NCBI GenBank assembly: GCA_963845535.1
Contig: CAWJSK010000016.1
Span: 1-64,000, forward strand
DNA from: an uncultured Spirochaetota bacterium
GTDB lineage: Bacteria; Spirochaetota; Spirochaetia; SZUA-6; Fen-1364
Length of the DNA stretch: 64,000 nt
Reading direction: 5' to 3'
A program made the translations under genes and the position numbers. The notes below the pieces were generated by a model. It had not been told where the DNA came from, did not search any database, and saw only the letters and a list, made by a program, of their open reading frames with translations. Positions 29,639-39,111 of this stretch are shown one piece after another. The first letter of the stretch is position 1. The number at the start of each line of letters is the position of its first letter.

Positions 29639-31756
29639 TCATCCCTTTCCCGGTGCATCAGCTTCGAATGGCGTTCTTACGGCGGACAGCCGCTTCAGGT
29701 AGTAGCGGGCCGCGGAGTCCGCGGGGTCTCCCGCAACCACCGTCTCAAATCCGCGGGTGGCCTCCCCGTATCGGCGCCCCTCCAGGTGCTTGAGCGCGCG
29801 CTCGAAAGTCTCCCGTGTTCGGATCCGCGCCGCGTCAGGACCGTCGATGATCTCATAGATGCGGACGGCGCGCGACTTGCCTTTCACGCGCACGCGGCCC
29901 AGGTAGCGGTGCGGGTAACTCGTGACGGGCGGACATGCATCGAGGAGATCCCCGCTCACGATGATCCAAGCACCGAACGTCCTGGTGAGCCCCTCCAGGC
30001 GGGAGGCGAGGTTCACGGCATCGGATATCACGGTGCCATCCATGCGTGAGGACTCCCCTACTGTCCCGAGCATGAGATTGCCCGTGTTGACGCCCACGCT
30101 GATCGCAATGGGCCGGTAGCCTGAGTTGGCCCGATGACCGTTGAATATCCGAACCGTCTCCAGGAGCTGCAAGCCCGCGTTCACCGCGTCCTCAGGGGAA
30201 TGCGGGAAGAGAGCCATCACCCCGTCCCCGAGGTATTTGTCGATGAACCCCCTGTTGCGCCGGATAACGGGGGAGATGCGGCTGAGATAGGAGTTGAGGA
30301 AATTGAAGTTCTCCACGGGGGTCATGTCCTCGGACAGCGAGGTGAAAGACCTGATGTCGGCGAAAAGCACGGTCAGCTTCATCTCGATCTGGTCCCCGAG
30401 GCTCACATACTCAATGGATTCCTTGCCGAGAAGCTTCAGGAACTCGCGCGGGACGAACCTTCCATAGGAGGACGCCAGCTCCTCCGCCCTTTTCGAGCTG
30501 TTCTGCGCGGAGACATAGGCCAGGGCGGACCTGCGCGCAATGAGCCATGACTGGAGAAGTATGAACACAACCATGGCATACGAGCTCAGGAAGAAATCCC
30601 CGCTGTGCGTCATGTCCCGCACGACGTCGAAAATCGCGCTCGCAAGGAGAATGAAGAACCCCATCAGCATGATGACCGCCCCTTCCCGTCTCACGAGCAG
30701 GGAACGGATCAGCCAGACCGTCACAAGGACGCCTTCGCCGAGGAGGAATATCTCGTAGTAGAAATGGACTGGTGATATGAAGCGGACGGGCACGACCGAG
30801 ACGAAAACGGAGAGCGCGGCGTTGACGATGAGGAGGGGAAAGCGGGCGAACCGCGGGCACTCGAGGGGAAAGAGATGCGCAAAATAGAAGTAGATCACGA
30901 GCGCCGCAACATACACGGTGATGTACTCCGCCGAGATAAGGGTGTGGAATCCGACTCCGCCTGCAACCTGGTGCAGGATACGGGCGCCCGTCAGCGCTCC
31001 CCGCAGCGCAAGGGCTACGGCAAGGATTCCGAAGTACAGTGAGGCCTTCTCCGCGGGGTGGAGGAGGGAAAGGAGGATATGGTAAAGGCCCATGGCAAGG
31101 ATTGCCGAATAGATGATTGCATCGATCAGTGTCTGCGTGGACTGCAGGGGGGCAATCCGCGTCCGCAACCCTATCACGGGCGTGTCGATGAGTCCGGCGC
31201 GCGAGTCCTCCCCGTTTGCCACTTGGAGGATGATCTCCAGCCGGTCACGGGCGCTCAGGAAAACGCTCTGGGGGGCATACGTCCCGCCCACCTGTCCGGG
31301 GTCGGAGGAAACCCGCCCGTTCTCCAGCATGAGCGCCCCGTTGCAGAAAAGCCTGTACGATGTCGCAACCCCTTTGAAATACAGGCCCAGGACTTCAGGA
31401 ACCCCGCGCGGAAGAAGGATGACCAGCCGGTACGTCACGCACCCGGAGCGCGGAAAGGCGGCGTCTCCGGCGCTCCAGTCCCCCGGTACGCTCACGAGGG
31501 TGCGGGGAGGGTTTTCATGGTCTGCGGGGAAGTCCTCCGGACCAAGGAGAAGCCCTTTGTACAGCTCCCATTCCCCCGCCAGGGGGACGCTCGAGCTCAG
31601 GTCGCGTTGGGTCAACGAAATGATGCCGTCCACGGCGACCGGACGTTCGGGATGAAGGCCGTGGGCCGCAAAGACAGTCTCCGCCCCGGCAATCGAACCG
31701 GCAAGAAGAAGCATGCCGGCAACGACGCAGAACGAGGCTCTGGCCTTGTGGGGCAT
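29639..31756 (-). CDS. Class III adenylate/guanylate cyclase with 7TM-DISM sensor
   Basis: Signal peptide, LAGEWELY extracellular domain, multiple TMs, FADIRSFT, DKYLGDGVMA, DAVNLASRLE. Confidence 0.92.
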   Translation of the reverse strand: MPHKARASFCVVAGMLLLAGSIAGAETVFAAHGLHPERPVAVDGIISLTQRDLSSSVPLAGEWELYKGLLLGPEDFPADHENPPRTLVSVPGDWSAGDAAFPRSGCVTYRLVILLPRGVPEVLGLYFKGVATSYRLFCNGALMLENGRVSSDPGQVGGTYAPQSVFLSARDRLEIILQVANGEDSRAGLIDTPVIGLRTRIAPLQSTQTLIDAIIYSAILAMGLYHILLSLLHPAEKASLYFGILAVALALRGALTGARILHQVAGGVGFHTLISAEYITVYVAALVIYFYFAHLFPLECPRFARFPLLIVNAALSVFVSVVPVRFISPVHFYYEIFLLGEGVLVTVWLIRSLLVRREGAVIMLMGFFILLASAIFDVVRDMTHSGDFFLSSYAMVVFILLQSWLIARRSALAYVSAQNSSKRAEELASSYGRFVPREFLKLLGKESIEYVSLGDQIEMKLTVLFADIRSFTSLSEDMTPVENFNFLNSYLSRISPVIRRNRGFIDKYLGDGVMALFPHSPEDAVNAGLQLLETVRIFNGHRANSGYRPIAISVGVNTGNLMLGTVGESSRMDGTVISDAVNLASRLEGLTRTFGAWIIVSGDLLDACPPVTSYPHRYLGRVRVKGKSRAVRIYEIIDGPDAARIRTRETFERALKHLEGRRYGEATRGFETVVAGDPADSAARYYLKRLSAVRTPFEADAPGKG

Positions 31757-31784
31757 GGGCGGCAGTATACCCCAGCGGCCGGTT

Positions 31785-32915
31785 TCAGGGAAGGATTTGC
31801 GCGCCCGCCCCTATCTCATCAGCAGGCTCGCTCTTGTACAGTGCCTCGAAGACGTCATGGTGACTCTGGAAAACCTGGAGAAGGTCGGGGGGAAAATGCT
31901 CGGGCCTGGTGCGCTCGTCACCGTTGGTCATGATTTCGAGCGCGCGCTGATGGCTGAAGGGCGGCTTGTACGGCCGGCTGCTTCGAAGCGCGTCATACTG
32001 ATCGCACATCATGAGGATGCGCCCGCAGAGCGGGATCTGCTCGCCGGCGAGCCCCCGCGGGTACCCGCTGCCGTCCCAGCGCTCATGGTGCGTGAGGGAT
32101 ATGTCCGCGCCCATCTTCACATACGGAGTGGTTCCCTTCTTCAATATGTTCCATCCCAGGAGCGTGTGGCTCTTCATGACCTCCCACTCGGCGGCGTCCA
32201 GCGGGTTCGGCTTGAGGAGGATCCGGTCGGGAATCCCGATCTTGCCGATGTCGTGCATCGGGCTGGCGTAGAAGATGCAATCCACGTAATGCTCGTCCAT
32301 GCCGCACCTGCGCGCCAGCTCGGCGGAAAGCGCGCTGATGCGGCGCACATGGGCCCCGGTATCTTCATCCCGGTACTCCGCCGCGCTCGTCATGAGGTAG
32401 ACGGTCTCCCGGTATTGGCTGCGCAGCTGCGCGGTCCTCTCCTGGACCTCGGATTCAAGCGTGCGGTTGTGCTGCACGACAAGGTCGTGGTACTCCTTCA
32501 TCCGCAGGAGGTTGCGCACGCGCGCCCGAAGCTCCGACCTCTCCACCGGCTTGGACAGGAAATCCTCAGCGCCGGCCTGGAACGCCTCGATCCGAGACTC
32601 GGTGTTCGAGTACCCCGTGACGACAACCACGGGAATGGTCCTGGATATTTCCGTGGACTTCAGGCGTTGAATGACCTCCATGCCGCCCATGCCCGGCATG
32701 ACGAGGTCAAGGAGAATCAGGTCCGGAAGCTCCGCCTCCACCGCCGTGAGGGCCGCCTGGCCGCTTGAAACGGATCGAGTGCGGTAGCCTTCCTCCTTGA
32801 GGAAAGACTCGAGCAACGCGCAATTCAGGCGCTGGTCATCGACAATGAGCACCACCGGGGTCGTGGCAGTCTCTTCTGTTTCTTTATTCCCGCCCAACGG
32901 CTCGTTGTCGATCAT
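31785..32915 (-). CDS. Response regulator with HD-GYP phosphodiesterase domain (RpfG family)
   Basis: REC (VDDQ, LDLVMP, SKP) plus HDIGK, HHERWDGSGYP. Confidence 0.92.
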   Translation of the reverse strand: MIDNEPLGGNKETEETATTPVVLIVDDQRLNCALLESFLKEEGYRTRSVSSGQAALTAVEAELPDLILLDLVMPGMGGMEVIQRLKSTEISRTIPVVVVTGYSNTESRIEAFQAGAEDFLSKPVERSELRARVRNLLRMKEYHDLVVQHNRTLESEVQERTAQLRSQYRETVYLMTSAAEYRDEDTGAHVRRISALSAELARRCGMDEHYVDCIFYASPMHDIGKIGIPDRILLKPNPLDAAEWEVMKSHTLLGWNILKKGTTPYVKMGADISLTHHERWDGSGYPRGLAGEQIPLCGRILMMCDQYDALRSSRPYKPPFSHQRALEIMTNGDERTRPEHFPPDLLQVFQSHHDVFEALYKSEPADEIGAGAQILP

Positions 32916-32988
32916 GGTATGATTCCATTGTATAATAGAAACGAAGAAAAGACAAAGATTGTCGGGTGCCGGCACAAGGAGGAACCCC

Positions 32989-33450
32989 ATGGCGTTCTCC
33001 GTATCGTCGAGCGCATTCAAGCCCGGCGGGAGCATCCCCAGGACATTCACGGCGGACGGCCGAGACGTTTCCCCTTCCCTCGGCTGGGACAACCCTCCGC
33101 CGGGAACACGGTCCTTCGCGCTCATCTGCGATGATCCCGACGCTCCGGTCGGGACATGGGTGCACTGGGTCATCTGGAACCTGCCGGCGGGAGCCCGTGG
33201 GTTGAATGAGGCTGTTCAGCACATCAAGACCCTCGCGGACGGCAGCGCACAAGGGAAAAACGATTTCGGCCGCATAGGCTACGGCGGCCCGAGCCCCCCG
33301 CCGGGAAAATCGCACAGGTACTTCTTCCGGTTGTACGCCCTCGAGGAAAAGATTACTCTCCCCCCAGGCGCTACGAGGGGCGAGCTGGAACGGGCCATGC
33401 AGGGCAAGGTGCTCGCCACGGCGGAGCTGTTGGGAACGTACGGCAGGTAA
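32989..33450 (+). CDS. YbhB/YbcL (PEBP/Raf kinase inhibitor-like) protein
   Basis: DDPDAP..WVHWV, GYGGPSPP..HRYFFRLYAL; SD AGGAGG. Confidence 0.92.
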   Translation: MAFSVSSSAFKPGGSIPRTFTADGRDVSPSLGWDNPPPGTRSFALICDDPDAPVGTWVHWVIWNLPAGARGLNEAVQHIKTLADGSAQGKNDFGRIGYGGPSPPPGKSHRYFFRLYALEEKITLPPGATRGELERAMQGKVLATAELLGTYGR

Positions 33451-33501
33451 CCGCCAACTTCCCCCGGCGCGACGCAAATCTCCACGGCACAGGAAACGAT
33501 A

Positions 33502-34149
33502 ATGCTGAACCGCTCTCCGTCCGAGTTCATCCAGCTCATCATCATCGTCGTGATCAGCCTGACGGTACATGAGTTCGCTCATTCCCTTGTCACTATCCGG
33601 CTGGGAGATGACGCACCCCGCCGCCAGGGCCGCCTCACGCTGAACCCGCTGGCCCACATCGATCTCATCGGCTTCATCATGCTCGTGATTGCCGGGTTCG
33701 GATGGGCCAAGCCCGTGCAGATCAACCCCGCAAACCTGAAAAAGCCCAGAAGGGATGAGATCCTGATCTCGCTGGCGGGCCCCGCGTCGAACCTCGTATT
33801 CGCAATGGTCGCGGTCATCATCATCTGGGCGGTGTTCCAGACTCACGCCCTGGTCTCCCCCAACTCCATTCACGCCTTCGGCAATTTCATGGTCATGCTC
33901 GCCGCCATCAACGTGAGCCTGGCAATCTTCAACATGATTCCCATTCCACCGCTGGATGGCTCGCACCTCGTCACGCCGTTCCTCGGCAGGGTGAATGCGA
34001 CACTTGCGGCAACCTATTTCCGCTACGGGTCCATCGCGCTCCTGGCCATCATCCTGATCCAGAACTTCACCCGCTTCGAGATCCTGCCCATCAGCAGGAT
34101 GACGTACGCAATCGTCATCTGGATGCTTCGCCTCGTTGGAGTCGCCTGA
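33502..34149 (+). CDS. Site-2 protease family (M50) metalloprotease
   Basis: HEFAH, GRLTLNPLAHID, GWAKPV, AGPASN, FNMIPIPPLDG. Confidence 0.92.
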   Translation: MLNRSPSEFIQLIIIVVISLTVHEFAHSLVTIRLGDDAPRRQGRLTLNPLAHIDLIGFIMLVIAGFGWAKPVQINPANLKKPRRDEILISLAGPASNLVFAMVAVIIIWAVFQTHALVSPNSIHAFGNFMVMLAAINVSLAIFNMIPIPPLDGSHLVTPFLGRVNATLAATYFRYGSIALLAIILIQNFTRFEILPISRMTYAIVIWMLRLVGVA

Positions 34150-37100
34150 TGAAACGCCTGGGCATAGACATAGGTTCCCTTACCCTTTCCCTGGTCCTCC
34201 TTGAAGACGGCCGGATTACGGCGCGGCATTCCTGCGCGCACGAGGGCAGGATCGACGAGCGCGTGACCTCCCTGATCGCGCGGGCTCCCTTCTCCCGCTG
34301 GGATACCGTAGGGGTGACGGGCAGCCTTGCGGGTACGGGCGCGAGGATCATCGACAACACTCTGGCAACGATCGACGGAGCCCGACGCCTTCTCCCGTCA
34401 TGCAGGAACTTGATTGCCATGGGCGGCCAGAGCTTCTCCCTCATCCTCCTGGACCAGGACGGCCGCTACGTGGAGCACGTCTCCAACCCTCCCTGCGCCT
34501 CGGGCACCGGCTCGTTCCTCGAGCAGCAGGCGGAGCGCCTGGGGCTCGGCATCCAGGACCTGGCCGCTCGCGCGGCCGCCTTTGCCGGAGAGGTGCCGCG
34601 GATCGCCACGCGGTGCGCGGTGTTCGCGAAGACGGACATCGTGCACGCCATGCAGGAGGGGCATTCCCTGGACGCGGTCTGCGCCGGGCTGTGCGAGGGG
34701 ATTGCCCGCAGCATGCTGGACACGCTGCGCAAGGGAAGAAAGCTTGCGCCGCCGCTTGGCCTCGTGGGCGGAGTTGCCTTGAATGGAAAGATCGCCCAGA
34801 GCATCGCCAGGATTCTCGGGATCAGGGTGGAAGTGCCTGAGGACTGCCAGTACGCGGCAGCCATCGGAGCGGCCCTCCTGGGCGCTGACTCGACGCTGGA
34901 GGCATGGACCGGGCTGCACAGGTCCACGGGGAGGCGCCCGGTCAGGCCGCCGCTACCGGCGGTGCTGGCGGACTACCCTTCCCTGGATGGTTTTCAGATC
35001 TCCACCCGGGACGACGTCGAAGTTTTCAGCCCCGCCGAAGGCGTGGGGTCCGGCCCGGGACTTTTCCTCGGCATCGACATCGGATCCACGAGCACCAAGG
35101 CGGCGCTCGTGAATGCGGACGGCGCGATTACGGAGGGGTTCTACACGCGCACCGGCGGCAACCCCGTGGCCGCCGTGCAGCGGCTGCTTCGAGTCATCCA
35201 GGACGTCCGCGGGCTGCCCGCTCTCCGAGGAGCGGCAACGACCGGCTCGGGAAGGTCCATCATCCGCCAGGTGTTCCAGGCGGACCGGGAAGTGAATGAG
35301 ATCACCGCTCATGCCCGGGCAGCCGTGCACCTGCGGCCGGACGTGGATACCATCATCGAGATCGGCGGTCAGGACTCGAAGTTCACACGGGTCCGTGACG
35401 GCGACGTGTATTTCTCCACGATGAACTACGTCTGCGCCGCCGGCACGGGAAGCTTCATCGAGGAGCAGGCCAAGAGGCTGGGCGCGAGCCTTTCGGATTT
35501 TTCCGACATGGCGCTTGCCGAGGGCGCTCCATTCACGAGCGACCGGTGCACCGTGTACATGGAGCGCGACCTGGCCGCCCTGGTGGGAGAGGGATGGCCT
35601 CGGGAGACCCTGGCGGCCGCGGTGCTGCACTCCGTACGGGATAACTACCTTTCCAAAGTTGTCGGGAAGAGTCCGGTGGGTGACTCGATTGTCTTCCAGG
35701 GAGCCACCGGCCGAAACAGGGCCCTGGTGGCGGCATTCGAGCAGCACCTCGGAAAGACCGTTCACGTCTCCGCCTGGTGTCACCTCACGGGCGCCGTGGG
35801 CGCGGCTCTCCTGTGCCGCGACGAAGGGCTGGCCGCATCCGGCTTCGCCTGGGAGACCGGTGAGATCGTGTTGGGGACCGAGGAGTGTCGGCTGTGCGCC
35901 AACCATTGCCCGGCTCACCGTCATGGACCGCGGCGGCGCGCGCACGGGGTGGGGAATGAAGTGCGGTCGGGAATACATCGACAGGAAGCCGCGGGGTCGG
36001 CGCGCCACCGCGGAAGAAAGCTCTTCCATTGCTCTTCGATTCGCCGAAGCCATGCGCCCCCTTCATGAGTCGCCCGCCGTTCTGAGCGAAGCTGCCCTGC
36101 GACGGAAAGCCGTCACGATCGGCGTCCCTCGCAGCCTGTACAACATTTCCTACGCGCCGCTGTGGCACTCCTTCCTGTCGCGGCTCGGGTTTTCCGTGAT
36201 TCAGTCGGACCAGGACAGGGAGGCGTTGGATGCGGGCGCTGAGTCGGTGAACTCGGACTTCTGCGCGCCCATGATCCTCGCCCATGGGCATGTGAAGCAG
36301 CTCGTGGACACGGGAGCGGATTTCATCTTCCTGCCGGCCGTGGAGAACAGCGCTGAAACCTCAGGACCCGTGCGTACCACCTTTCGTCGAAGGGACTCGG
36401 ACAGCGCCTACTGCTACTACTCCCAGTACCTGCCGTCAGTCGTGGGGAAGCTCACCGCTTTCGACGTTTCCGATCGGCTGATCTCCCCGCTTCTGCCGCT
36501 GCGGGAAAAGAGCGTCGAGGAAACTGCGGACCTTCTTCATGAAGCGCTCGCCCACCGGTTTCCCGACCTGACCCGGGAGGAGACGCTGCGCGCGTTTTCG
36601 GAAGCAAACGCTGCGTTTACCTCAGCGAAGGCGCTGCTGGCGGGCGCGTTTCGGCGCGCCGACGCAGCGGGACCCTCCGGCACTGCGGGACCCTCCGGCA
36701 CTGCGGGACCCTCCGGCACTGCGGGACCCTCCGGCACCGCGGGACCTTCCGCCAAGGACGAACAGCTTCGCGTCCTCATCCTGGGCCGCCCCTACGTTGC
36801 ATTCGATGAGAGCTTGAGCCTTTCCCTGCCGCGGACCTTCGAGCGGCTGGGCGCCGCCGTGTTCTGGCAGGAGGAGCTGGAGCTCGAGAACTACCCCCTC
36901 ACGTACGGCAACCAGTACCTGGAGCGCATGCACTGGCACTACGGGAAGCTCATCGTGCGGGCGGCGGAGTACGCAGCGCGAACGGAAAACTTGTTCCCCG
37001 TGTTTCTTACCTGCTTCCGCTGCAGCCCCGACTCTTTCCTCATGAGCTACGTGAAGGACATCCTCACGCACTTCGGAAAGCCCTTCCTCTTCCTCCAGCT

Positions 37101-38415
37101 CGACGCGCACGCCTCGGATGTCGGCTACCTGACCCGGATCGAGGCCGCGCTTCATTCCTTCCACAACCACCGCAGGAGGGAAAAGGCCGGGAACAAGCCT
37201 GAGACCCGCCACCCTGTCATGCAAGCCCGCAACGACCAGCTCTTGGAAGGCGACACGGTCCTCATTCCCGCCGTGGACACGCTGATCAGCGGCTTCTGGG
37301 CGGATGTCTTTACGCGCATGGGCCACAGGGCAATCCTCCTGGAAGCCGGGACCACCGCCGTGAACACGGGCTACCGCTTCGCGAGCGGCGGTGAGTGCAT
37401 GCCGCTCGTCTCCATCATAGGGGCGGCAATTGAAAAGGTGATTGGGGATTCCCTTGACCCATCGAAAACGTTCTTCTTCATGCCGACCTCGCCGTTCTCC
37501 TGCAACATGCCGCAGTTCCCGGTGCTGTCCGACATGGCTTTCCGCGCCGCCGGCGTAGAAGGATTGAAAATCGGCAGGCTCAACTTCATGGCCCTGGGTG
37601 ACACGCTGCCGCAGACGCTTTCGGTGAAGATCCTGGAGACCTATATCGTCGCCTGCATCCTCTACAAGCTGGCGTCCCGCACCCGGCCGTATGAAGTGAA
37701 GCGCGGAGAGACGGACGGCGCGCTCACGGAGGCGCAGCAGCGGGTCCGCGGCGCCATCAGGTCCGGCTCTGACCTTCGCGCGTGCCTTGCGAACGCAGTG
37801 GACCTGTTTCGGGCAATCGAGCGCGACGAGACGGCCGGCCGCAAGCCCCGCGTCGCCCTCCTGGGGGATCTGTACGTGAAATACAACGCGGTGATGAACG
37901 AGGGGATCCAGTCCTTGATCGAGGAGCTGGGCGGGGAGCTCGTGATCTCCTCCATGACGGAATACCCGGCCCACCTGCTGGACATCGGCTCGCGCCGCTA
38001 CGGTGAAGACCCGCGCTCCGGCAGGATTCTCAGGACCATGGAGCAGCGCTATGAGAAGCTCGCGGAGGACCTCATCGGAGATCAGGCCGAGCCGGACTTC
38101 GCTGAGTGCGTGCGGCTGATGGAGGAGCACGGCTTCCCTCACTACATTGCCGGGGAAACCGCAATCAACGTCGGGAAAGCGCTCTGGTACTGCACGAAGC
38201 GCAGCGTAGAGGCCATTGTCCACGTCAATCCGATGTTCTGCTGCCCGGGGGTTGTCACGGCGTCCCTGTACCGCAAGATACAGGCTGACTTCGGCGTTCC
38301 CATCATCGACATCTTCTTCGACGGGACGGGGAGCCCCAACCGGGTCCTTGTCCCGCACATGCACTATATGAAACGCGACGCTTCCGGGTCCGACTCATGC
38401 TATAATCCCGGATAA
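34149..38415 (+). CDS. Large CoA-substrate enzyme activase (two BadF/BadG/BcrA/BcrD ATPase domains, DUF2229, dehydratase-like C-terminus); one frameshift
   Basis: LGIDIGS twice, CASGTGSF/CAAGTGSF, EIGGQDSK; ORFs 34149-36068 and 35515-38415 join as CANHC/RLTVMD if one C is removed at 35909-35911. Confidence 0.85.
36667..36750 (+). repeat. 18-bp in-frame tandem repeat encoding AGPSGT
   Basis: GCGGGACCCTCCGGCACT x3 exact, a fourth with one change, then a partial fifth. Confidence 0.95.
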
Positions 38416-38426
38416 GGGCACACCAA

Positions 38427-39092
38427 ATGAAAAAAGCCATCCGCCTCATGATCACTGATGATCACAGCATCGTCCGCAAGGGAATCAAGGCTCTCCTGGC
38501 AACGGAAAAGGACATGCAGGTCGTCGGCGAGGCTGAGAACGGAGCGGATGCCGTCCAAAAAGCAGCCGCGCTCAAGCCCGACGTGATCCTGATGGACCTC
38601 ATGATGCCGGAGATGGACGGGATCGAGGCGACACGGCGGATTACAGCGGAGCAGCCGGGAACCAAGATCCTGGTCCTCACGAGCTTCGCCGCGGATGACA
38701 AGGTCTTCCCTGCGGTCAAGGCGGGGGCCCTGGGATATCTGCTCAAGGACTCGACACCGGAAGAGCTTCTGGAAGCCATACGGCAAGTCTACAAGGGCGA
38801 ACCTTCCCTGGAGCCTTCCATTGCCCGCAAGGTCCTGCAGGAGCTGTCCCATCCGGGACAGGGAAAGCAGACCGCGGAACCGCTTACCGAAAGAGAGCTG
38901 GACGTCCTTCGCCTCATTGCCCAGGGCATGAGCAACAAGGAGATCGCCGCCAAGATCTTCGTAGCCGAGTGGACCGTACGCAGCCACGTCAGCAACATCC
39001 TGGGCAAGCTGCACCTTGCCAGCCGGACGCAAGCGGCGCTCTACGCCCTGCGGTCCGGCCTCGCGTCCCTGGAAGACTTGTCCCCGGGCTGA
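38427..39092 (+). CDS. NarL/LuxR-family response regulator
   Basis: TDDH, MDLMMP, GYLLKD, LTERELDVLRLIAQGMSNKEIA. Confidence 0.95.
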   Translation: MKKAIRLMITDDHSIVRKGIKALLATEKDMQVVGEAENGADAVQKAAALKPDVILMDLMMPEMDGIEATRRITAEQPGTKILVLTSFAADDKVFPAVKAGALGYLLKDSTPEELLEAIRQVYKGEPSLEPSIARKVLQELSHPGQGKQTAEPLTERELDVLRLIAQGMSNKEIAAKIFVAEWTVRSHVSNILGKLHLASRTQAALYALRSGLASLEDLSPG

Positions 39093-39111
39093 ACGCCGGG
39101 ACCGACCCGTC

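Noticed and set aside
35900..35920. Programmed ribosomal frameshift in the activase
   Set aside because: No slippery heptamer; a single extra C in a CCC run fits error or mutation better.
36667..36750. Repeat considered as a CRISPR array
   Set aside because: Head-to-tail units with no spacers, in frame within a CDS, no cas genes.
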